Below are positions 8,634-17,594 of a DNA stretch of 64,000 nucleotides, piece by piece (position 1 is the stretch's first letter; each line of letters opens with the position of its first letter). Origin of the DNA: an uncultured Planctomycetaceae bacterium (GTDB lineage: Bacteria; Planctomycetota; Phycisphaerae; UBA1845; UTPLA1); the NCBI GenBank assembly GCA_964385225.1, contig CAYLOE010000007.1:7505-71504 (forward strand). Direction: 5' to 3'. A program made the position numbers and the translations under genes. The notes beneath the pieces are model-generated. The model saw only the letters and a list, made by a program, of their open reading frames with translations, did not search any database and had not been told where the DNA came from.

Positions 8634-10451
8634 CTATGGCAGGCCGACGACTTCCTGAGCAAAGAGGCCAACATCCACCAGGTTCAGCAGATTATCGCCG
8701 TTGAGATCGCCATGCGCGGGATTGCAGTCCGGATACGTCGAGGCGTAGGTCACGGGGTCAAGAATCGCGAGGACCATCGCCTGAATGTCCAGCGCGTTCG
8801 TCACGCCGTCACAGTTCATGTCGCCGCCGCAGAGGTAGGGAATCATGCGAAGGTGGGCGAATCGCGACCTGGCCATGCCTCCCGCCGCGGCCGGATCCGT
8901 CACAAGCCATTGAACGTACACATCGCACGACTCGATCGCTGCCTGATCGATCGGCCATTGCCAGGTGCCCAGTCCGTTTCCGATTCCAGCGCCGTCAAGG
9001 GTCATCGGACCGAAGAGTGTTGGATTGACAAGCTGTCCACCAACGGGCGGAGATGTGGAAAAGGCGACGAAGGCCTGCGCCCCGCCCAGCGCCGCGGTTA
9101 CACCGATCTTGAAATCGATGTTCCCACGATTGGGCGGGCTGACGGCAATCATAATCGGTACGATGCCGCCGCTGCCTGCTACAGCACCGCCCAGAAGCGA
9201 AGGATTGGGCTGCGGTCGCTCGACGTGTAGCGTCGGCCGATCAAAGGGAAACGTTTCCGCGGCGACGCGCGGATCGGTCAATCCGTTGGCCATGAAGTCG
9301 ATCACTGCCGGCACTACCTGCGGCGGCAGCGCGATGGGCAGCAGGGGTGACTTGTTGTCCGGAAACTGTGCCGCGCCGTTCGCATAGAACGCAATCACCT
9401 GATTGAGCGCGGTGAAAACGCCGTTGTGCATGAACGTGGGCTTAAGTCCGACATTTCGCAGGGTCGGTGTCTTGAATCGCCCGCGATCACCGGGAAGGCC
9501 GGTGACATTCTGTCGACCTCGATCCTCCGGCACGGGGCGCAAGCCGACATTCTGAAACAAGTTGTCGGAAAAGAGCGGCGGCACATGACAGACCACACAC
9601 GGCGAGGCCCGAAGTGCATTCCATCCCTGTACCTGTCCGGGTGTCATCGCATTGGCATCACCGGCGACGAATCGATCCCACGGTGTCTGGTCGGCCACAA
9701 GCGTCCGCTCGTAGGTTGCGATGGCGTAGCCGATTCGTTCCGCCGTGATGGCCGGGTCGCCGAAGGCCGTCGCGAATAGATCGGGATACGACGGCTGCTC
9801 ATTCAGGGCGTCGGCCATGTCCGCGGGCAGGTTCGACGCCAGTATCATCGGTTCGATGAGGGTCAGTTTAGCGATCACCTCGCCCCAGGTTCGGCCGTCA
9901 TGGGCCATCTCCACGCTGCTTAGAATCGGACCCACCGCCTGGCTTTCCAGTCCGCCACCGGTCGCAATGCTCACCAATCCGGTCTCGGGATTCACAAAGT
10001 TCGTCCGAGCGCGACCGTCCCAGAAAATATCCGGCGCGTACATCGCCATGATGGCGGGATTTGCCGCGCGCGAGGTGATCTGCCGAAGCAGCCCGAAAAC
10101 AGGATCGCGAAGGTAACGATTGTTTGCGTCGGAACGAATGATGCCCGGCGAGCCGAAAATGTCGTCGGGAGTGTTCGTCAGATTGTCGACACCGGGGTTC
10201 CGCGCGATGCGAGGATCGGCGCCGCCACGACCGGGCCGATGGCATGTCCCGCAGGCGACGGTGTTGTCGCTGGAAAGCTGCTCATCCCAGAAGAGCATCT
10301 TTCCCAGCACGCGCTTCGGCTCGGTGATGGGGTTCTCCGGAGGCACCGGAGGCGGCGGAAGGGGCGGCGGCGTCTGACCCGCTGCTTGACCGACGAATGC
10401 AAAAACCAGAGGTAATAATGAGACGGGGCGCAATCGCAGTTGCCTGAACAT
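8634..10451 (-). CDS. di-haem cytochrome c peroxidase family protein with C-terminal dockerin-like module
   Basis: Signal peptide and a Pro-rich linker. Two CxxCH motifs (CGTCH, CVVCH) with CCP/MauG-like context (FWDGRA, TPTLRNV). The C-terminus has GDMNCDGVTNALDIQAMVLAIL and GDLNGDNLLNLVDVGLF repeats. Confidence 0.75.
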   Translation of the reverse strand: MFRQLRLRPVSLLPLVFAFVGQAAGQTPPPLPPPPVPPENPITEPKRVLGKMLFWDEQLSSDNTVACGTCHRPGRGGADPRIARNPGVDNLTNTPDDIFGSPGIIRSDANNRYLRDPVFGLLRQITSRAANPAIMAMYAPDIFWDGRARTNFVNPETGLVSIATGGGLESQAVGPILSSVEMAHDGRTWGEVIAKLTLIEPMILASNLPADMADALNEQPSYPDLFATAFGDPAITAERIGYAIATYERTLVADQTPWDRFVAGDANAMTPGQVQGWNALRASPCVVCHVPPLFSDNLFQNVGLRPVPEDRGRQNVTGLPGDRGRFKTPTLRNVGLKPTFMHNGVFTALNQVIAFYANGAAQFPDNKSPLLPIALPPQVVPAVIDFMANGLTDPRVAAETFPFDRPTLHVERPQPNPSLLGGAVAGSGGIVPIMIAVSPPNRGNIDFKIGVTAALGGAQAFVAFSTSPPVGGQLVNPTLFGPMTLDGAGIGNGLGTWQWPIDQAAIESCDVYVQWLVTDPAAAGGMARSRFAHLRMIPYLCGGDMNCDGVTNALDIQAMVLAILDPVTYASTYPDCNPAHGDLNGDNLLNLVDVGLFAQEVVGLP

Positions 10452-10755
10452 ACTCCCTCACTCCACCTGCCCGCCAGCGGACCCGCAGACGGATTGCCTG
10501 ATCAAAAGGACTCGCGGACCAGCCGGGTTTCTCCCTGACACCCACTTCGACGTCGCGCCGCTCGCGAATGCCCATTAAGACATCTCGCAGTCGAACCGAC
10601 GGGGCAATTATCCCCGCCCGATCCGTGCGGACGCATGAACATAGAAACGTCGCTCAAACGACTTTTATTGTCTGTTCAGGAAAAAAACTCATACGAATTG
10701 TCAGAAATAAATACCGATGTACCGGACGCCGAGGTCGAATGGTGCGGTCGAGCGC

Positions 10756-12078
10756 CTAGTGAACGGGCAACGGGAACTGTTGACAGATCGACAACACTTC
10801 GCCGCGGACGGATTCGATGGCTGATTTGTCTCCGCCCGAGGCCAGTACTCTGTCAATCAGACCGGCGACGGTGCGCATCTCGTCCGGGCCCATGCCGCGC
10901 GTGGAGAGCGCCGGCGTGCCAAGTCGCAAACCGCTCGTTTCCATCGGCTTGCGTTCGTCGAAGGGGATCATGTTCTTGTTGACCACGATGCCTGCGAAGC
11001 CAAGCCAGTCTTCGGCCATCGCGCCGGACACGCTCGGGTACTGCTTCCGCAGATCGACGAGCATGAGATGATTATCCGTACCTCCGGAGACGAGAGAGAG
11101 GCCGCGACTGGACAGCGACTCGGCGAGGGCTTTGGCATTGTCGAGCACGAGTTGTTGATACTTCTTGAATGTGGGTAAAAGGGCCTCGCCGAATGCCACC
11201 GCCTTGGCAGCGACAATGTGCATCAGCGGCCCGCCCTGCAAACCCGGAAACACCGCCGAATCGATCTTCCTGCCCCAGGACTCCTTGCACATGGTCAGGC
11301 CGCCGCGCGGGCCGCGCAGGGTCTTGTGGGTCGTCGTGGTGACGAACTCGGCATACGGCACGGGCGAAGGGTGCAGGCCGACGGCGACGAGGCCGGCGAT
11401 ATGGGCGATATCCGCCATGAGCAACGCACCGACCTCTTTGGCAATCTCCGCGAAGGCAGCCCAGTCCCACAGGCGCGGATACGCGCTGGCCCCGGTGATG
11501 ATCAGTTTGGGCTTGCAGTCCAGGGCGATACGTCGGACCTCGCTCATGTTGATCCGACCGGTCTCGCGATCGACGAAGTAATGCGTCACGCGAAACCATT
11601 TGCCGCTGATGTTCACGTTCTTGCCGTGCGACAGGTGGCCACCGTGGTCAAGATGAAGCGACAGGATCATGTCGCCCGGCGTGCGGACCGGCTCGCCGGG
11701 ATTCTTTTCCTTCTGCTCGGCCTCATCGAAACGCGAACCGGGATTCATCGCTGCCAGCAGTACGGCCTGATTGGCCTGGCTGCCGGAGTGCGGCTGAACG
11801 TTGGCATGCTCGCAGCCGAAGAGCTGCCTGGCGCGGTCCACGGCCAATCGCTCGACGGCGTCCATGTTTTCGCAACCGCCGTAATAGCGTCGACCGGGAT
11901 AGCCCTCGGAATACTTGTTGGTGAAGACGGAGCCCGCCGCGGCGAGCACGGCGGCGCTGACGTGGTTCTCCGAGGCGATCAGCTCCAGTGTATTGGCCTG
12001 GCGTACCTCTTCGGCGACGAACGCTTTCCAGACTTCGGGGTCCTGCGCGGCAATCGGGTTTCTTGTGGATTCGCTCAT
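10756..12078 (-). CDS. glyA: serine hydroxymethyltransferase
   Basis: LELIASENHVS, YSEGYPGRRYYGGC, GGHLSHG and TTTHKTLRGPRGG motifs. ATG at 12078; the ORF track start at 12090 is a TTG. Confidence 0.95.
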   Translation of the reverse strand: MSESTRNPIAAQDPEVWKAFVAEEVRQANTLELIASENHVSAAVLAAAGSVFTNKYSEGYPGRRYYGGCENMDAVERLAVDRARQLFGCEHANVQPHSGSQANQAVLLAAMNPGSRFDEAEQKEKNPGEPVRTPGDMILSLHLDHGGHLSHGKNVNISGKWFRVTHYFVDRETGRINMSEVRRIALDCKPKLIITGASAYPRLWDWAAFAEIAKEVGALLMADIAHIAGLVAVGLHPSPVPYAEFVTTTTHKTLRGPRGGLTMCKESWGRKIDSAVFPGLQGGPLMHIVAAKAVAFGEALLPTFKKYQQLVLDNAKALAESLSSRGLSLVSGGTDNHLMLVDLRKQYPSVSGAMAEDWLGFAGIVVNKNMIPFDERKPMETSGLRLGTPALSTRGMGPDEMRTVAGLIDRVLASGGDKSAIESVRGEVLSICQQFPLPVH

Positions 12079-12242
12079 TCGATCTTCCAATCAGCAGATT
12101 CGTGGTGACATTTGATTCAAAGCGGTATTTTACGACGATTCACCGCCGCGGGCAACGTTCGCGTCCGCGTAGGGCAGCCCTGCCCCGGCTTCGCCGTCCG
12201 GCGACGGGTGATCGCAGCGAGCCACCACGCTTGTTCTCCCTG

Positions 12243-12791
12243 TCATGTTGACCGCAGTGCATGATGAATGAACGGCCGCAACAGGCGGGTCAGTTCTTCA
12301 GGTCTCGTGCGGGAGAATCTCAGCATGAGGACGGAGAGATCTTCCTCGGCTGCGGGATGACGTAGCTGCGGGACGAAGGCGTCGTCGGGCATTTGTTCAA
12401 GCATGTCCAACTCGACGGACTCCGGAAGACGCAGCCGGACGGAAGCCCAGGCGTAACACCGCTCGCCGAAGGGTCCGAGCCGCATGTCGATCGTCTCCGG
12501 CGAGACGTGGATGCCGATCGGCCGTCGCCAGCAGGCGAGCACCAGCCAGCGACCCGCGGACCACAGCAGCGCGGCAGAGATGGAAATCAGGCCGAGCCAG
12601 ATCACGCCGAGGCCGATGAAGGATGCGCGATCCGTCAGCCAGAGGAGTCGCCAGTCCGGGCGGATGCTCAGCAGAATGACGGCGGCGATGGCCACGATGA
12701 GCAGTCGCCAGACGGCGCGCATCACGGCGGCGGATCGTTCGACGGGAAGTTCGAAGGACGGCAGGTCGGATGGTCGAGGTTCGTTTGACAT
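12243..12791 (-). CDS. hypothetical membrane protein
   Basis: From the ATG at 12791 (MSNEPRP...) there are two transmembrane helices and then a soluble domain. The longer ORF to 12983 would read through tandem repeats and overlap the nadB start. Confidence 0.5.
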   Translation of the reverse strand: MSNEPRPSDLPSFELPVERSAAVMRAVWRLLIVAIAAVILLSIRPDWRLLWLTDRASFIGLGVIWLGLISISAALLWSAGRWLVLACWRRPIGIHVSPETIDMRLGPFGERCYAWASVRLRLPESVELDMLEQMPDDAFVPQLRHPAAEEDLSVLMLRFSRTRPEELTRLLRPFIHHALRST

Positions 12792-12810
12792 GGACAAGTT
12801 GCGTGAGTGG

Positions 12811-12932
12811 AGCGAAGCAGAGTTTCGCGGTCCACGTTTCAAAAGCGAAGCAGAGTTTCGCGGTCCACGTTTCAAAAGCGAAGCAGAGCTTCGCGGTCCC
12901 ATTTCAAGAGCGAAGCAAAGCTTCGCGGTCCC
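12811..12932. repeat. tandem 33-bp hairpin-forming repeat, about 3.7 copies
   Basis: Unit agcgaagcagagtttcgcggtccacgtttcaaa at 12811-12843 and 12844-12876, a variant at 12877-12909 and a partial copy at 12910-12932. Each unit contains GCGAAGC-N3-GCTTCGC-type inverted repeats. Confidence 0.85.
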
Positions 12933-12981
12933 GGATCGGCTCCCTCGCGGGCACGACTGAACGATACTACCATATCGTAGC

Positions 12982-14640
12982 ATGAGCGAACACTTCGCCA
13001 GACGGCGCTATCTTTTGAATTTCGAGAGCCAACGGCTCGGACAGGTCTTTACCGACGTGCTTGTCATTGGTACGGGCGTCGCCGGACTTCGTGCGGCCAT
13101 CGAAGCGGCCGGCTCCGCGCATGTCATTCTCATCACGAAGGACACCCCGGAGGAGTGCAACACTGCCTATGCCCAGGGTGGGATCGCCGTGGTGACGAAC
13201 CCTCAGGACACCATCGAGGCCCACGTGCGGGATACGCTGGAAGTCGCTTGCGGCCTTGGCGACGAACGGATGATCGAGCAGATGGCGCGCGAAGGACCGG
13301 CGCGGCTGCGAGAGCTCATCGAATGGGGCGCGTCCTTCGATCTTGAGAACGGCGCGGTGGCCCTCGGCATCGAAGGCGGCCATTCTGCTCGGCGCATCGT
13401 TCACGCGCGGGGCGACGCCACCGGCCGCGAGGTCAGTCGTATACTTGGGCGCACGGCCATGTCGATGGAGCGTATCCGAGTCTTCGATAATTGCTTCGTC
13501 ATCGACCTCGTCGTCGAGGATGGTCGCTGCATCGCCGCGCTGACTTATCACCCCAAGTACGGCCATCAGATTATCTGGGCGCGGCAGACGATTCTCGCTT
13601 CCGGCGGCGCGGGCTGTGTATTCCGCGAAACAACGAACAGTCCGGCAGCGACGGCCGACGGACACGCGATCGCCTTTCGCGCGGGAGCCACACTGCGAGA
13701 CATGGAGTTCGTGCAGTTTCATCCGACGGCGCTGTACATCGCCGGCGCTGCCCGCGCGCTCATCAGTGAAGCCGTGCGCGGCGAGGGCGGCTATCTGGTT
13801 GACCGAGAGGGCAACCGGTTTATGCAGGCATTTCACACCGACGGCGAGCTGGCCCCACGCGATGTCGTGAGCCGCGCGATCGTTCGCCGAATGGCAGCGA
13901 CCGGTGGAACCTGCGTGTATCTTGACGTGCGTCACTTCCCCACGGGTCGTTTCGCGGAACGCTTTCCAAATATCGCCGCGCTTTGCAAGGACTTTGATAT
14001 CAACGTGGAGCGCGATCTGATCCCCGTCCGGCCGGCGGCGCATTACATGATCGGCGGGGTCGTCGTGGATGCCGGCGGTCGATCCTCGATCGACGGGCTA
14101 TGGGCCTGTGGGGAGGCGGCCTCGACGGGTGTTCACGGCGCGAATCGCCTGGCAAGCAATTCGCTGCTCGAAGGCCTCGTTTTCGGTCAGCAGGTCGGAG
14201 CGCGTGTGGCCGATCTTGCTTCTCCACAAAGAGGCCCGGTCACGCCACGTAATCTGCGAAGCCGAATCGAGCCGAGCCCTCGCACCGAATTGGACCTGAC
14301 CGACGTTCGCAACAGCTTGCGCGCCCTTTGCTGGCGAAATCTCGGAATTGATCGGACCGGTGATCGGCTCTCGGAGACCAGCGAGATCATCGACTTCTGG
14401 GCGCGCTACGTCATGGACAAGGTGCTTTGGGATCGTGCGGGCTGGGAAATGCAGAACATGCTCACCGTGGCGCGTCTGATTGCCGACGCGGCAACGGCAC
14501 GTCGGGAGTCGCGCGGGGTGCATTACCGGAGTGATTTCCCCGATCAGGATGACGCGCAATTCAAGGGCCATGTGACACAGCGACGAACCGAAGGCCGCAT
14601 CGCTGTCGGCTTCGAACGAGCCGAGTCGCCCGATCGCTGA
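12982..14640 (+). CDS. nadB: L-aspartate oxidase
   Basis: FAD fold VLVIGTGVAGLRAA, plus AQGGIA, HPTAL, RGEGG and GLWACGEAASTGVHGANRLASNSLLE. Confidence 0.9.
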   Translation: MSEHFARRRYLLNFESQRLGQVFTDVLVIGTGVAGLRAAIEAAGSAHVILITKDTPEECNTAYAQGGIAVVTNPQDTIEAHVRDTLEVACGLGDERMIEQMAREGPARLRELIEWGASFDLENGAVALGIEGGHSARRIVHARGDATGREVSRILGRTAMSMERIRVFDNCFVIDLVVEDGRCIAALTYHPKYGHQIIWARQTILASGGAGCVFRETTNSPAATADGHAIAFRAGATLRDMEFVQFHPTALYIAGAARALISEAVRGEGGYLVDREGNRFMQAFHTDGELAPRDVVSRAIVRRMAATGGTCVYLDVRHFPTGRFAERFPNIAALCKDFDINVERDLIPVRPAAHYMIGGVVVDAGGRSSIDGLWACGEAASTGVHGANRLASNSLLEGLVFGQQVGARVADLASPQRGPVTPRNLRSRIEPSPRTELDLTDVRNSLRALCWRNLGIDRTGDRLSETSEIIDFWARYVMDKVLWDRAGWEMQNMLTVARLIADAATARRESRGVHYRSDFPDQDDAQFKGHVTQRRTEGRIAVGFERAESPDR

Positions 14641-14654
14641 TGGTAACGAAGCGT

Positions 14655-15677
14655 TTACACGCCCACCGATGCTCGTGCGGAGAGCGAGAGATCGTCCCGC
14701 CGACCGCGAGCGAACAGGTGATAGCCCTGCGCGGCGATCATGGCGGCGTTGTCGGTGCAGTACTTCATCGGCGTGAGGTGAAGCGTCAGCCCGCCCGTTT
14801 GACAGCGTTCCGCGAGCCGTCGGCGGAGCACTGAATTCGCCGCGACACCGCCTCCGACAACGACCGTCGACACGCCAGTCCGCGCAACGGCGCGCAGAGT
14901 TTTTTCAATAAGCACATCCACAACGGCATCGCTGAAAGAGGCGCAAATGTCGTCGATGTCCTGCGTGCCGAGTTTCTCCAGCCCGCCGCTGACTTTGCCG
15001 GCGCCGTGAACGTGATAGCGTACGGCCGTCTTCAAGCCGCTGAACGAAAAATCCAGTGAGCCCTCGTCGAGCATCGTGCGCGGCAGACGCACCGCGGCCG
15101 GGTTTCCCGCTGCGGCACGTTGATCGACGATCGGCCCTCCGGGAAAGCCCAACCCGAGAATTCCGGCAACCTTGTCGAAGGCCTCACCGGCTGCGTCGTC
15201 GATCGTTGCGCCCAACAGGTGAATATCGTCGTAGTCGCGGACGTGATAGAGCGAAGTATGCCCGCCGGAGACCACCAGTGCCATGGCCGGCCACGGGTCC
15301 TCGGCGAGATCAATCGCCGCGCTCGTCGCGTGGGCGTGAATGTGATTGACGCCGATCAGCGGCTTGCTCCACGCCCAGCAAAGCGTCTTGGCGGCACTGA
15401 CTCCGATGAGCAAGGAGCCGATCAGACCGGGCATCTGTGTCACGGCTACGGCATCAATCTGACCCGGCGATATCCCTGCCTGCGAGAGGGCTTCCTCGAT
15501 GAGGGCGTCGAGCTTTTCGAGATGGGCCCGCGAGGCGATCTCCGGCACGACGCCGCCGTACTTTTCGTGCAGGTCGAATTGCGTCGCGATCAGGTTGCAG
15601 TGAACCCGCCGTCCGTCGTCGACCACGGCGACCGAAGTTTCGTCACAAGAGGTCTCGATGCCGAGGATGGTGGTCAT
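14655..15677 (-). CDS. tsaD: tRNA N6-adenosine threonylcarbamoyltransferase
   Basis: MTTILGIETSCDETSVAVV, VNHIHAH and SGGHT motifs. ATG at 15677 (ORF track start 15737). Confidence 0.9.
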   Translation of the reverse strand: MTTILGIETSCDETSVAVVDDGRRVHCNLIATQFDLHEKYGGVVPEIASRAHLEKLDALIEEALSQAGISPGQIDAVAVTQMPGLIGSLLIGVSAAKTLCWAWSKPLIGVNHIHAHATSAAIDLAEDPWPAMALVVSGGHTSLYHVRDYDDIHLLGATIDDAAGEAFDKVAGILGLGFPGGPIVDQRAAAGNPAAVRLPRTMLDEGSLDFSFSGLKTAVRYHVHGAGKVSGGLEKLGTQDIDDICASFSDAVVDVLIEKTLRAVARTGVSTVVVGGGVAANSVLRRRLAERCQTGGLTLHLTPMKYCTDNAAMIAAQGYHLFARGRRDDLSLSARASVGV

Positions 15678-15797
15678 ACAGGAAATACCCGGACTGCTGT
15701 TCGTTTCAATAAAATAACCAAAGCCCCTGACAAACACGTCGTCTGCACGCAGTCGCTCGATGCATTTTATCCGCGCATGGATGGCGTGTGCGAGTGC

Positions 15798-17249
15798 TCA
15801 ATGGGACGCGGAGGGTGGCGAGACCGAGTCTTCCGCCTCCTGAGTTGTGGGCCGCGCCAGTCGCTTCTGCAGCAGCTCCAACGACACACGAAGCTGAATA
15901 TCTCCCTCCAGCACGATGCGCGCCGAGGCCGCCCAATCGGGATCGGCGGAGGATTCCTTCGCCGGGTCACCTGCCGGCTCGCCCATTGCCTCGGGATCGG
16001 CCTCCATCGGACTCACGGGGCGGCTCGCGACCTCTCGGCCCACCTCGCGCCAGATGGCCAGCCAGGTGCGACGCTGCTCCTCGGTCAGCGGAACCGTAAT
16101 CGTCGGTGTCACGCCCCAGTCACCCGATCGCCCCGCGCGGGAAGTCCGGTCGATGCTCTGTCCGCTCGGGAGATAGTAATAGGCCGTCGTCAGCTTGATG
16201 GCCCCGTTATCTCCGTCGAGCTCGACGACTTCCTGGACGCTGCCCTTGCCGTACGACCGCTCGCCGACCACCTCCGCGCGGCCATGATCGCGCAAGGCAC
16301 CGGACACGATCTCCGCGGCGCTGGCGCTCGAGTTGTTTATAATCACCACGAGCGGGATTCCGGGATAGGTTCCGTCGCGCATGGCGAACCACTGCTTTTC
16401 ATCGGCCCGACGACCACTGACTCGGACGATGAGTCCCGAGTCGAGAAAGCGATCCGTCACCTCGCGGGCACTATCCAGCAAGCCACCGGTATTCTCGCGG
16501 AGGTCCAGTATCAAGCCGCGCAAGCCGGCCCCCTGCAACCGCTGCATCGCCAGGTCGAGCTTCTGGACGGCATCATGCGTGAATTTTGTCAGCCGGATGT
16601 AGCCGATCCTCAAATCCGGATCGAGCATGTAGCGCCAGCCGCCCTCACCGGAACGCGACCAGCCACGTACGGGATTAAAGTGGATAATCGCTCGATGCAG
16701 CGTCACCTCGCGGGGATCGCCCACTTTGCCGCCCGACGGCCGAACCATCGTCAGCGTCACCTCCGAGCCCGGCGGCCCGTTCAGAAGGTTACTAACGGCC
16801 TCGACCAGCGAAATGTTGTCCGTCGGCACGCCGTCCACGTGCGTGATAATGTCTCCGGGCAGGATGTCGGCTTCGGCTGCGGGGGAATGCGGGTCGCGAC
16901 TGAGCACTTCAATCCCCAGCGGTGTCGCACCCACGTCCACGCCGATGCCGCCGAATGAGCCGTCGGTGCGGCTCTTGAATCGCTCGTATTCGCCCTTATT
17001 GAGATACACCGCATGAGGGTCGCCCAGTCGCTCGACCATCGCACGAATGCCCGCCTCAACGGCCACGCGATTGAGTTCGGAATCGTCCAGATCATGAACG
17101 AAGCGTTTGCGAATCTGCGCCTTGACGTCCGCAAGCGGCCCGAAGGCCTTGTAGACCGCATCCCGCCCGGCAATGGTCTGCGGCAGTTGCCACATCATCA
17201 GGGTGATCATGGCAATCAGGAGGATCCATGCGAGGTTGCGTTTGGGCAT
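15798..17249 (-). CDS. carboxy-terminal processing protease (S41 family, PDZ domain)
   Basis: N-terminal transmembrane anchor from MPKRNLAWILLIAMITL. PDZ (GDIITHVDG) and S41 core (LILDLRENTGGLLDSA...SASAAEIVSGAL). Confidence 0.85.
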   Translation of the reverse strand: MPKRNLAWILLIAMITLMMWQLPQTIAGRDAVYKAFGPLADVKAQIRKRFVHDLDDSELNRVAVEAGIRAMVERLGDPHAVYLNKGEYERFKSRTDGSFGGIGVDVGATPLGIEVLSRDPHSPAAEADILPGDIITHVDGVPTDNISLVEAVSNLLNGPPGSEVTLTMVRPSGGKVGDPREVTLHRAIIHFNPVRGWSRSGEGGWRYMLDPDLRIGYIRLTKFTHDAVQKLDLAMQRLQGAGLRGLILDLRENTGGLLDSAREVTDRFLDSGLIVRVSGRRADEKQWFAMRDGTYPGIPLVVIINNSSASAAEIVSGALRDHGRAEVVGERSYGKGSVQEVVELDGDNGAIKLTTAYYYLPSGQSIDRTSRAGRSGDWGVTPTITVPLTEEQRRTWLAIWREVGREVASRPVSPMEADPEAMGEPAGDPAKESSADPDWAASARIVLEGDIQLRVSLELLQKRLARPTTQEAEDSVSPPSASH

Positions 17250-17594
17250 TCTTTCTCCAGCGAAACCGCGGGGCTGTGGCGCGTGATGAGGTACGTCATG
17301 ATGTCGAAGGGGCGGTGCGGCGTCAACTACCGGCTCGATTTCCCCGTACGGCCGCAATTCGAGCACGCGGATCGTGTTTGGATACATTTCGTTGTCCGCC
17401 GACGAAGAAAGAAGGCGATTTTTTGTGCCATGTTTCGTCGATGTGACGCTCTAGAGGGCTTACGCAAGAAAATTTTCACCGGCCTCGCGAAATCGCGCTC
17501 GCAGATGTTGAACGCGAGGGGTCTGCCTTGCATAATGCGCACGGAGACGGAGCGCGGCCGCCGCTTCGTACGTATTCAGGGAGGAGCCAGAGCA

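Noticed and set aside
12811-12932. Possible CRISPR array.
   Set aside because: The 33-bp units are directly abutting with no spacers. No cas genes or leader are present. It is a simple tandem repeat.
12792-12983. N-terminal extension of the membrane-protein ORF, translating the tandem repeat as KRGPRNSASLL x3.
   Set aside because: Its start codon would overlap the nadB start on the other strand. The extension is pure repeat sequence. A good internal ATG at 12791 precedes the first transmembrane helix.
17013-17594. Long N-terminal extension of the hypothetical protein (ORF 17013..18350).
   Set aside because: It overlaps the ctp coding region antisense. An ATG with a GGAGGA Shine-Dalgarno sequence at 17595 is a far better start.
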